Positions 34,491-45,920 of a stretch of DNA of 64,000 bases are shown here, one piece after another. Both the position numbers and the translations under genes were made by a program. Below the pieces are notes generated by a model. The model made no database searches. It was not told the origin of the DNA and was given only the letters and a program-made list of their open reading frames with translations. Each line of letters begins with the position of its first letter. The first letter of the stretch is position 1. The stretch lies in assembly GCF_009914755.1 (NCBI RefSeq), contig NC_060925.1; one strand, given 5' to 3'. Source of the DNA: the human T2T-CHM13v2.0 reference genome, Homo sapiens.

Positions 34491-36282
34491 ACTTATGAGA
34501 TTCACAGGACCAAGAATCATGTCTCTTTGAAGACCAAAGCATAACTAAAAGTAGTAAAGCTTCTTGGAAAAGAGAAGATATACTATGCCTATCAAGGGGA
34601 GAAACTGTTGAATTTGTTTTGAGAAGGTGCTAAGGCAGTCATATAGCAGAGAAGAGAAGAAAAAAGAATAACTTGTGTGTCCATTGGTACTGTCAAGAAG
34701 ATCTAGAGGTGAGTGTAGGAACTTGCCCTGTGTAGGGCACTCATGATCTCTCCACTGGGCAAGGTCCTCCACCCAATTCCTTGGCCCATGGTTGCGGCCT
34801 GAGCTCCAAGCACCACAGGCTGCATTAGAATTGGTTCCAATCCAGGGAGATCAGCCAGTGTCATTCGTGAGAAGTCAACAGCAGCTTTTCTGGCAGCCAG
34901 AAGAAAGAGGCCACAAGAAAAGAAAGTGATCCAGAATGGGGCAGAAAGTGAAGTGAAAGCAGCTGGTCTTCTCTGCTCCCATTTGGGAAGACTGGATGGA
35001 AAGGGCTTAGCTCTGAGACACAGATGCCATCATTCTGCATAAGCAAAATAAGTACATCTATGAACAAGAGCAGAAGTATGAGAACACTTCACAACAGAAG
35101 ATTTATGGCATTATCCACAAGGAGCAAACGTCACTGTAAGTCAGATGTGTTTGAATCCCATTCAAGGGAATTTAATAACTGAGATGTCAAAGAACCTTAT
35201 TAGAAGGCAATCTTACCTATGTGATCCTCTGACCTGGACCTCAAGGATCATCTACAGTGATGTGCCAAGATATTTGAGCTGGGGGGGTGAAAAAGAACTT
35301 CTGGCAACACAGCTTAATGAATGGATTCTTTGGCCCAGAGAAGTTGCTGAAGTAGTAAAATGAGACGCAGTCCAACAAAAATTAGGTTACACATGAGAAA
35401 GATCTTGATAAAATATAGCCCTTCTCCAGAAAAACTACATTATTTTCTATTAGATGGGATAGACCACATAACCTGTGCAGCTTTATCATCTGAGGTCTTA
35501 GGTCATTTGGGGACAACTGAAGTTTGAACAAGAGGAGCCAGGCATTCTGCACGTGAGGGAAGACTTACCTGGAGGTTATTGGTGGAGAAGCCAAGCCTCT
35601 CCTCCTGTTCATAAGAAACTACACAGAGAGGCAGGTGACTGGGGATCAATTGACAAAATGGCAATCTCCAATAGCCAATACTCTCAGAATGATGTTATGA
35701 TTGACAGAGCAAAATTTCCAGGGTAGAATGAGAAAGCTCGGGCCATCCTCTACCCAAACCGAGATGTGGACCACATCTCTGTTCTCTTAGCCACTGCCTT
35801 TTCCTCAATGTTTTTGTTTACAAATGGTCACAGCAGATAGACTCTCACCAAAATAAATGAATCACAAAGCTAATAGTAAGTCTGGGGACAGTCATAGCCC
35901 AGCTCACTGTGTTACCTGGGCTTGAATGTCAGTACGGGCTATTAGAAGACCTTTCTAGGGCTCCAAATGATAAAAATAGTGCTGTTTTAGATGACTGCTC
36001 TGGTCAAGGAACATTGCTTTGGCCATTCAGGTTAGAAATAGCCAGGTGTGGGAAGGACTCAGTGAACAGAACAGACTCCAAGGTGGAAAGAGGAATCTTT
36101 TTTAAGGCATGCACATAGACTGACAAAGGGAAAAAAGAAATCGGGAAGAAAGGTTTTGTGAAAGACTTTTTTCCTTCTTATTTCATATCCAGGATCTAAG
36201 GCCTAGTACTGGCCAGAAGGCTGAAGTCAGCAGTTACGTGTCCTCAGGTGGTTCTGAGATAAGAGCAGAAGGAGTGGATAAT

Positions 36283-36312
36283 GGGGGCGGGGGGGGGGGG
36301 GGGTGCCAGGGG
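36283..36312 (+). repeat. Poly-G tract (G5-C-G15)
   Basis: Directly visible. Confidence 0.95.
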
Positions 36313-36858
36313 AATTGTAAGACTGGGTCATTCTTGGCTTGAACCTAAGAGGGTTTCCCTTTAGGTATTATCCTGAAGAAAGCTCCAGGCAACCTTAGGC
36401 TGATTCTTCACTTGTCACTTCTAAAAGGTGAATCAGTTAACGCTTACAATGACTGACTCTGTCCTACTGTTCAGGTTCACACGCACCTTCTAATTATAAG
36501 AAACAGGCTTCTTGGGCTTCTCCAGGCAAAAACTGAGAGGAAGCCAACATTATTTTTGCTGTTACTGCAACATCCAAATAACTTTGCATCTGCTGGAGCC
36601 TCCAATTAAAAGGGCAATGATGATGAGTCAATGCACCCCACTGGCATGGGCCATCCTTTACTTATGTTTCAGAAACAATCACTGCTCCATTTTCTGTATT
36701 AAGAGGTGAGAGAGAAATGAGCCATATGGAATAGGAGTTGGCCCGAGAGACAAGATACCTGGGTTATGGCCTGACCATGCTTTTAAACAGATGAATGGCC
36801 ATATGCAAAACAACTTATCCCATCTGGAGTCCTATTCTGCCCTCCCATCCCCATACTC

Positions 36859-37158
36859 CTTTTTTTAAAGACAGGGTCTCACTTTGTTGGCCTGGCTGGA
36901 GTGCAGTAGCACAATCATAGCTCACTGCAGCCTCTAACTCCTGGGCTCAAGCAATCCTCCCCCCTCAGCCTCCTGAGTAGTTGGAAACCACAGGCTCACA
37001 CCACCACACCCAGATAATTATTTATTTATTTATTTATTTTAGAGACAGGGTCTTGCTATGTTCCCCAGGCTGACCTCAAACTCCTGGGCTCAAGCAATCC
37101 TCCCACCTCAGCCTGCTAAGTTGCCCAGATTACAGGCACGAGCCACTACACTCAGCCT
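36859..37158 (-). mobile_element. AluJ inserted in a MIR
   Basis: agacagggtctcac...atcatagctcactgcagcc...ctcctgggctcaagcaatcctccc in both arms. Confidence 0.92.
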
Positions 37159-38109
37159 ATTTCCCATTTATAAAATACAGAAAGGTTCTGTGAAAATAAG
37201 AATGGCAAGAGCATAGAAATCACTTTGGATAAAGTACTCGATCAGAATGATTTCAAGATGTAGAGGAAGACATACTAAGAATGCAAAATGGAATTACACC
37301 TTGGATTTTTAGACTGAATTTTAAAACTATGAAGAAAGTGTCACTGCAACTTCAGCAGAAGTGCCAGAGAATGAACTGAGATGATTCAAAACAGATCAAC
37401 TTTAAGATTTGGTGCAGAAAATGATCTCCACATATCCAAAGGCACTTTGGGCAAGCCTGAAGCAGATGCTGGGGCAGGTTTCATAGTGACTAAACGCATC
37501 AACATCAAAAGAATCTCCATCTGTAAATCACTCCACGTGAATTATTTGTTACAGCTTGAGTAGTAACCACATATTACATTCAGGTTAGAATGTTACTCTG
37601 TCTCACTCCCCATCTTTCTAAAAGGATCTAAGAGAGACCTAGGTGTTCAGAACCAGGAATTTAATAACATCTTTGACAGAATATCCAAGAGTTCTTCAAA
37701 AGAACCAAAGGTTTCCCTTGACTTGACTGAACATTGCTAGACTTCCAAAGGGACAACTGCTAGTCAATAACTAAATAAGCATTTTTAGAAGAGGATAGCT
37801 TCTACCTTCCTATTGGGGTGAGGGATAATGAGGACTGCAATCTGGCTAATGTTGATCATTAACAACAGCAGGGCATTCCTTAAGTGGTTTCTCCGAGGCA
37901 GTCTGGGGCAGCTGGTTAAGAAATCTTGCATCTTCCAGCCAGAGTCCATGGACTAGTCACGCTTGATCACTAAAAGGGCTTTACATATCATGGGAGCTTT
38001 GATGAAAATAAATAGACCTCCTAAAGATGGACATGGAGATCCAGAGGTACCTTGCTTTCAACTTCCTTCATTCATTCTTCCTTGGTTATATCAAAATTGC
38101 ATATCCTTT

Positions 38110-38260
38110 ACCAGGCACAATGTTGTACACCTGTAATCCCAGCTGGGAGGCTGAGGTGGAAGGATTGCTTGAGCCTAGAAGTTTGATACCAGCTGAGGTA
38201 ACATAGCAAAATCCCATCTTAAAAAAAAAAAAAAAAAAAAACAGAAAGAAAAAAAGAAAA
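38110..38260 (+). mobile_element. FLAM/Alu monomer with A-tail
   Basis: ccaggcacaatg...cacctgtaatcccagc...ggattgcttgagcctagaagtttga...catcttaaaa. Confidence 0.82.
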
Positions 38261-38652
<392 letters not shown>

Positions 38653-40310
38653 TTAGTCATTAGATGTCCATAGATTATTCAAGAATAAATATTAATACAA
38701 AAAATTGCATGTTACCAAAATGAGTTCTTGTGTTCCAAATAATTTGCATGGCATGACAAATAAATTATTGGCCTGGTTTCTAAAATGTGGTAGTTGTTTT
38801 GTTTTTTACCCTGATAGTGCAGAAGAAGAGTCCCTTTGTGTTCTTTTGCCAGCCACCAAAGGGCTGGCTATCGTCATGGTTATTATCACCAGACATGGGG
38901 GCAACATGGGAAGAAGGGGTTGGCACATTTTTCTAGGAGTAAGGGCATTTGGAAACTCCATGGTGGGTCCCAATGGCACAAAGGCTCTTGTGTATGGTAC
39001 TACTTTACAAGAAAGTCTCAGCCAATTCCTCAGCAGCTGTGAAGTTGTCAGCCGTGGCGTTCTTTACAAAGCTGGGTGGCTGCTTACTGCTGACATGTTT
39101 GGTTTTGAGCTCTGAAAAAAAAAAAAAGCCTCACTGGAATGTTGAGCTAGGCAAAGACAGCAGATGCCCACAATGAAAAAAGCCCATTGTACATCAGGTG
39201 CTTAGGAAGTTTCTGGAAACTATTGACAAAACATGGGTATTTTTCTACTAAGTTTGCACTTAGCCATTTCAGTTGTTTTTCATCAAAATCTCTCAACTTC
39301 CCCCTCCTGTACTTGACAGCCAGATTAGAGATGATCCAATAGGCTATTGATCATACTTTCTTCTAAAGGTCATACTGGGGGGGAGCATAAATGCTCAAGA
39401 AACCACACACTTCTCCAAGTAAGAGGCACATTTTATTTGCCTTCCTATTTAACCTCATATGGGCTTTTATTAATACCAAAACTCAGAAACGTCTTGGAAA
39501 TGTCCACGTGAGGTTTGGTATAGGGATCATTTTCTGAGATTTTCTCAATTTGAGGGTCGACTCAAAAGAAAGGACAAAATATGTGTGACAATCTTCCTAG
39601 ATGTTAGTCTAAGCAAAGACTACTTAACAGCATATTTCAGTATCTTCTAATGGAAGAAAAACAGTCTCCCTTCGAGGAGGTTGCAACACCAGTTCCTGGG
39701 ACTAGATCTTGCCACAACTGTGTCTATTTAGGTTGTAATGACCTGAAAAAACCTAAATGTATGGCTACTGTGGTTATTATACAGGTGCCTGGCAATAAAA
39801 TACTACGCCTTAGCAAATGAAGAGACATAGGAGGTGAAGAAAGGTCAAAAAAAAAACGCAGATGAGAAATCAATGTCAAAAGAGGTCACTTTATGAGCTT
39901 CAAAGGAAGCTACGGTCATTGATTATAATATCACTGAAACAACACAGGCCCTGTGAGATCTGAAATTACATTTCCAGTCTGAATTTATAGAACTCACTGC
40001 AGACTCTGGTTGTGATTGTAGCACATTAATGGGGGCCTACCAAGTAAGCATGATTTAGATGGGCACAGGCAGAGGTGAATTCAGTTTTTCCTGGGTTTAG
40101 ATGACTAGGTGTGCGATCAAGAAAAGTTCAGAATAGGTTTCTTCTGCAATTTAAGGGACATTGCTGGTAACAGTTAGGGGCTAGAACAAACTTTCAAAAA
40201 CACAAATCTAATTATGTCAGTGTCTTGCTTACAAACCACCAATAGCCCTTTTTTTCATGCATGATGAGGTTTAGAATCCTTAGACAATAGGCAAGGCCTT
40301 TCTGGTGAGG

Positions 40311-40825
40311 TGTTGTGCTGAACCCCTATTAACCTCAAAGGGAAAGCATGAGGTTCAAGGGGTAGAAGAAGAGACTCAGAGCCAATAAACAAGATGTGGG
40401 GTTTCATTAGGGAATTATAGAGGGGAGAGAGTCCAGTGGTGGCTGGCTGTACAGGAGAACCACCTTATATACAGAAACAGTCCAGTGGCAGTGAGCTGCA
40501 CAAGATATTCACTTTCCTACAGTCCAGTGGCAGGTTGGGCAGGAAAAAAACTGCAACCACTTGCAAACAGTATGCACTTTATATAACATTTCCACTTAAC
40601 ACCCTCCCCTTAATGCCCTCCACCTGGCAACCTTCATGTACCCCAAAACCAGGGCTTCAACCCCCTGTACAGCCATGGGATAGGCTGGGGCTCAGATGTT
40701 CCTCATAGACAAAGAATGAATCTCCAGGTTGGCCACTTCTGGATTCCCTCCTCAGATATGTCTGCCACACAGGGTCATTCTAAGGGTATGCCTAAGTTAT
40801 TGCTCTCAGGTACATTTACACTACA
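40311..40825 (-). mobile_element. ERVL solo LTR (LTR32/LTR47-like) inserted in L2-like sequence
   Basis: TG...CA ends, perfect 5-bp TSD tgagg (40306-40310 / 40826-40830); gggtcattctaagggtatgcctaagttattgct motif. Confidence 0.85.
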
Positions 40826-41009
40826 TGAGGCCACCAGAGTCTCCTTTTCAGATCATCTGAGTCTCCAACTATACTAAAATTCTTTCAGTTTTCCACATCC
40901 ACTGTCCTCTTCCCCACACCCAGATGTCTATACAATTCTTTTCTGGCTGCAATGCCCTCTCTTTTCTAGTAAAATATTCCTTCATTCTTTCCTTGTCCCT
41001 TTTCCTTTT

Positions 41010-41384
41010 CATAGTAGATCCTAGGCTCACCAAACTGTATCTCCTTTTCTCCTTGGGTACACAGCTACACTGCCCTTCCCAGCTTCCCTTGCTGTCAGGT
41101 AGGTCTACATGATGGAACTCTGGCCAATGGAACATGGGTGAAAATTATATTTAACATTTCTGGTCCCTAAAATCCTTTTTTGAGATCCTCCATGTTCTCT
41201 TTCTCCCAGTGATTCCAATTCTGAGGCCCTTGGGAGTGGCCTTGGGTACCTGAATAACTACTTGGAGCAGAAAAGCCTACTCACCAAACCCTGCAATCCA
41301 TGTTAGACTGTGGCGTAAGTGAGAAATACTTTAAGACACCAAAAGGATTAGGGTGTTTGTTAGCTAGTCTACTTTGGCCAATAC
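41010..41384 (+). mobile_element. MLT1J-like MaLR LTR
   Basis: cacagctacac...ttcccagcttcccttgc...ctctggccaatggaa...gtgagaaata...aataca. Confidence 0.7.
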
Positions 41385-42803
41385 ACTCAACCAGATATTA
41401 TTAATTACATTTTACTTATTGTCTTTGTGGTTATTTTTATAGGTCACCATATATTTATTTCTGGAAGAAGTCTGGGTATAAATAGAAACTCATGTTTATT
41501 AAAGGAAAGAATTTATACTAAAACAAATGCAAAAGTATGCAAGACTTTTTCCACTTCTGGGCTGACTGGCTGAGTTGTCTAGAACATGGTGCCATTGATA
41601 TTGTGTTGAGGGGTCCAGAAGAAAGCCCTTCTGTGGGCCCAGGCTACATTCCTTTCTCCTGAGCTGCTGTTTCTCAGATGTATGCCACCAAACATAAAGG
41701 ACACAATTTACAATACTATGAGGGTAGGGGGAATTCTGGAAAGATTCTGGCCATGACGGCAGCATAGTTTTTCAATCCTTTGACTACTACACAAATAGAG
41801 CAACTAGATAACAAAACCCCAAATCCCTGACAACATTTAAAACTAAACTAGGAGACAAAGTTTCCTCTTGAACCCCAAAATACCAGTTAATGGGGCAAAC
41901 CACCAACTGCCAGAAATTCTGCATGGAATCAGCACCTGGGTGGGAAGAAGAAGGAAACATTGGGTATCAATGGACCTGAGAACAAGAGAACCCAGAAGAG
42001 CTAATAGTACTCACTGGAGAGTTCAATGGGCCACTGTGAAACAACAGCTCTCACTGGGAGGGGTTTTATCCTCTTTACCATCTGAGTACAAGGGGCACAT
42101 GGGAAGGAGGACTGAGGGAGATGGAGCAGTTTACTCCCCATGAAGTGTGCAGCCACTTGGCACCCTTCCAGCGTAAGCCCCCACCAGTGAGAAACTACTG
42201 AGAGTGGCTTCACATTTGAGCCATATGGAACAAGAGTCTAAAGAAAGAGAAAGTCTTGACCAAAGTGGTTGAGGAGAAAACAGCCGGGGAATCTCAGGAA
42301 GCATCTACCATATCTACCATATTTTTAAAATGCTACACACACATGAAAAGGAAGTTCTGTGACGTTAGTGAGATTTCCTGAATCATACCTCATTCTAAAA
42401 TGTCAGAAAAAATTAAGTTCACATAAAAATGAACAATGGAATAGTATCAAGGTCAAGGTCAAATCCCATAGAAAGTGATTATAATTACAAAATAGAATAA
42501 GGAGCAGAATAGCATCTTATAAAAGCATGCTGAAAGCTGTTACCTATAATTTCAAAAGAAACTTAAAGACATTAAGAAATGATACAAACTACCAAAGAAC
42601 ATGACCATCTGATTAGAAAAGCTCATAAATAGGGAGACAGGACTGAAAAAAATGATTATAAATAAAAGAAAAACTCACTTCAGAAATGTCAACTAAACTA
42701 GAAAAAAATAAACAGAACAGATAATCTAATAATAAATATAAAAGGTGAAAAGGAGGAAAACTGAAAACTCTGAAAGCAATAAAGAGATAAAAAGGATTTA
42801 AGA

Positions 42804-43018
42804 CAAGCTTGTCCAACTCACAGCCTGTGGGCTGCATGTGGCCCAGAATGACTTTGAATGTGGCCCAACACAAATTGATAAACTTTCTGAAAACACTATG
42901 AGATTTTGTTTGTTTTTAGCTCCATCAGCTATCATTAGTGTTAGTGTATTTTATGTGTGGCCCAAGATAAATCTTCTTCCAACGTGGCCCAGGGAAGCCA
43001 AAAGATTGGACACCACTG
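42804..43018 (-). mobile_element. MER30 (hAT-Charlie)
   Basis: caagcttgtccaac...gtggcccagggaagccaaaagattggacaccactg; 8-bp TSD atttaaga / aattaaga. Confidence 0.92.
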
Positions 43019-43939
43019 AATTAAGAGAAAAAATAATAATGAACATAGGCAAAGAAAATTGAACATATGGATAACCAGAGATTATAAGTAAGAAAAGCGA
43101 GGGAAGAGAAGAAATACTAATAACTATAATTCAAGAAAATGTCCTGAAGTACAAAAAAATTGAAATGATATTGAAAAGCTGTGCCACATATCTGAAAATA
43201 CTGACCCAAAAAAGACCAATAGCAAGACATATTCTAGTAAACTCTCTGAGTTTCTGAGCAAAAAGAATACATGGCTTATAGTATAAAGAAAATTAAACTA
43301 TCATCAGACTTTCTAACGCAAACGCTTTAGGCTAGAAGAAAATAGAGTAGCCTGCTTAATATGCTAGAAAAAAGAAAGGGGTTTTATATCCAGCAAAACT
43401 GACTTGCAAGTATGAAGGACTCAAACAAATTGTTATGAATATGGACAAGAACTTAGAGAATATTGTTTCCATAAGTCCTTTCTGAGTAGCATATTTGAGA
43501 ATGAGCTTCCGATGATCAAAATAATTAGAGAGAACATCAGCATAAGGACTGGCAGTGAATATTAAGTATATAGTTACTTGTGGACTTAAGTTTAAAGGGG
43601 ACTAACAGAGAGCAGAGTATCTGACGTCTCTATGCTCTGACAATGTAAATAGAGCACAACTATTTAAAAATGAAGGAAGGTGGGACAACCATATGCAAAA
43701 AATTGTTGTAATGTTTTCAATAACCACATTAGTACTAGTATTAGTATTGTCCTCCTGAGATTACTGTGCATATAATATGTGATAAAACAATGATTACTAT
43801 TAGAATATTATTATTCTATTATTCCCTGTGTCCTTGAGGGTCCAGATATTTTGGGAAGGAAGGCGATCTAACTGTAATGCAGAAGAGGCTAAATAAAACT
43901 CGGTAAATTTGAATTGGAGTACTAATAAGAACTCATAAG

Positions 43940-44420
43940 TTCATAAAACATAATACAATAAACTATAGATATAATGTAAATATAGAATAAACTATATAAA
44001 ATATAAGATAATATAAACTAATAAAAACTATAAGTAAAATATAAAACTATAAAATAATAAAAATTATAAGCTATAAAATAATAAAAATATATGAATAAAC
44101 AAAATAAATTATAGCATATTATAGAATAACTATAGTATACTATATAATAATATACTATATATCCACAGGGATCAAACCTGAGTGTGATCCAGTCCCAGAT
44201 GCCAATTTACAAGAAATGCAGGGGACAGAGGAACATATTAAACTGCACTGTGAGCCTGAACTCAGGCTCAGGTGAACTATACTAGTTACTACATTACTAT
44301 TATATAATAATTATGATATACTATATAATAACCATGGTTATTATATAATAAAGTAAGCTATAGTGTAACTATAGTATATAACTACATATAGTTTATTAGT
44401 TTACATAGTTTTTATAAGTC
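43940..44420. repeat. AT-rich low-complexity patch containing a duplicated L1 segment (44167-44282 ~ 44760-44880)
   Basis: agggatcaaacctgagt...aaactgcactgtgag...actcaggctcag..gaactatac occurs twice. Confidence 0.9.
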
Positions 44421-45869
44421 TCCCCAATTCTACCCTTTACAAATGTTAAGAAACAATGACCAACCCAGTACCAACGCGCATCCCTAGCATCTAGATTGTA
44501 GTCTTCAAATAATATTTCTTACCCAAAGAAAGCAGAGCTTCTTGGAGAAACTGCTGATTTCAGGTCTAGGAGAGGAAATTTATAGATATGCCTGAAGAGT
44601 CTTAAATTGCTCCATGGCAGGAGAGCTATCAAAGGCTTTTAAGGCTATGACAAAAGGACTCAAGAACCAACTTGCTGTTGCCCCTGCTGGCTAACGTGGA
44701 ACTGTTTGAACTTCAATAATGATTGTAGTCTTTCCAACCACCACCTATAGTCTTGCCAAAGGGATCAAACCTGAGTCCAGTCCCAGGTACCAATTTGCAG
44801 GAAATACAGGGGGCAGAGGGACATATCAAACTGCACTGTGAGTACATAATATATACAACTCAGGCTCAGAAGAACTATACAGGTCAAATGGCTCTGGACC
44901 CTCAATAGATAAATTGTAAGGAAATAAAAGGAATTAAGGAGGAACTTAATGATTAAAAGAGGATTCAAGGGCTTGTCATTTTTTAAATGGGAAAGACTAG
45001 ACTAGAGTGTTTGAGGATGCACACTGGGTGACAAATGTATTTTTTAAAAATACAAAGAAATTATTATTACAGTAGTATCATGATTACTTATGAAGAATAC
45101 AAAGGATTATAATTGGGTAAAGCACATGAAGGGGTTTTGGGGGTGGCAAAAATTCTATCTCTTGTCCTGGCCGGCATACAATACATATATAATATGCATA
45201 TATATGTATATACTTATGCAACATTAATACAATATATAAACATACAATATACTAGCCATGCATTGTATTCATGTGGATTTCTCTATTTGTGTTTTAATTA
45301 CAAAAATATATATATTTTTAAAAGACTATGAGTTTCTCACTGCCATCCAATCTCCTACTGAGAAGACAGTATAAAGCACATGGTTGAAGTGGAAAATAAT
45401 GTTAGCAAATCATGATTGAAGTCATATTGTGAAGGTTCACAAATATCTTTGCAAAGTTATATTTAATTTGGAAGATAATGTAGACTCTCTTAAAAGATTT
45501 CATGAGTCCAGCAACTCCCCCTTTCCTCTGAACTTCTTAATGTCTCCACCATTTACTTGATTCTCCTATTTGGATAATTAAGATGAGAGAGCCAAAGAAA
45601 TATGATGCAAAATAAACCCTTGCTATACAAGTAGTGTCAGGCAGGTGAAGAGTGATGGGTTGGTGCCACGTTCCTGGATTCAGCCACCTTAACCCTGTTT
45701 ATTGTGATTTAATAGAAATCCACTCACTGTGCCATGCATATAAAATGAAGTTTATCCTAAGATTTTTGCCTTTTCAAGCATCTAAATTCCTCAGTTTCTC
45801 AGAGAATAGGCCAGGACCCAGAAGAAAAAAGTCAACTTTGAGTAATAAAATCAAAATGATATTGAACAC

Positions 45870-45870
<1 letters not shown>

Positions 45871-45906
<36 letters not shown>

Positions 45907-45920
45907 GATAGATAGATAGA
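45871..45920. repeat. (AGAT)9 GAT (AGAT)2 tetranucleotide STR
   Basis: Directly visible. Confidence 0.97.

Larger units (their letters stand above)
41720..45330 (+). mobile_element. Old L1 (L1MC4a-like): 5'/ORF1-like region and 3' region, interrupted
   Basis: A-rich ORF1-like segment (aattcaagaaaat, catcagactttc, ttttatatccagcaaaactg); L1MC-type 3' motifs catccctagc...cttggagaaactgctgatttcagg and accaatttgcaggaaatacaggggg. Confidence 0.65.

Noticed and set aside
38705-39135. 136-aa ORF ending at an A13 run, resembling a processed pseudogene
   Set aside because: No polyadenylation signal, TSD or recognisable protein. The minus-strand T13-cag acceptor has no convincing donor.
40430-40560. CRISPR-like repeat-spacer pattern
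   Set aside because: Eukaryotic LTR-internal tandem units, only three, with related spacers and no cas genes.
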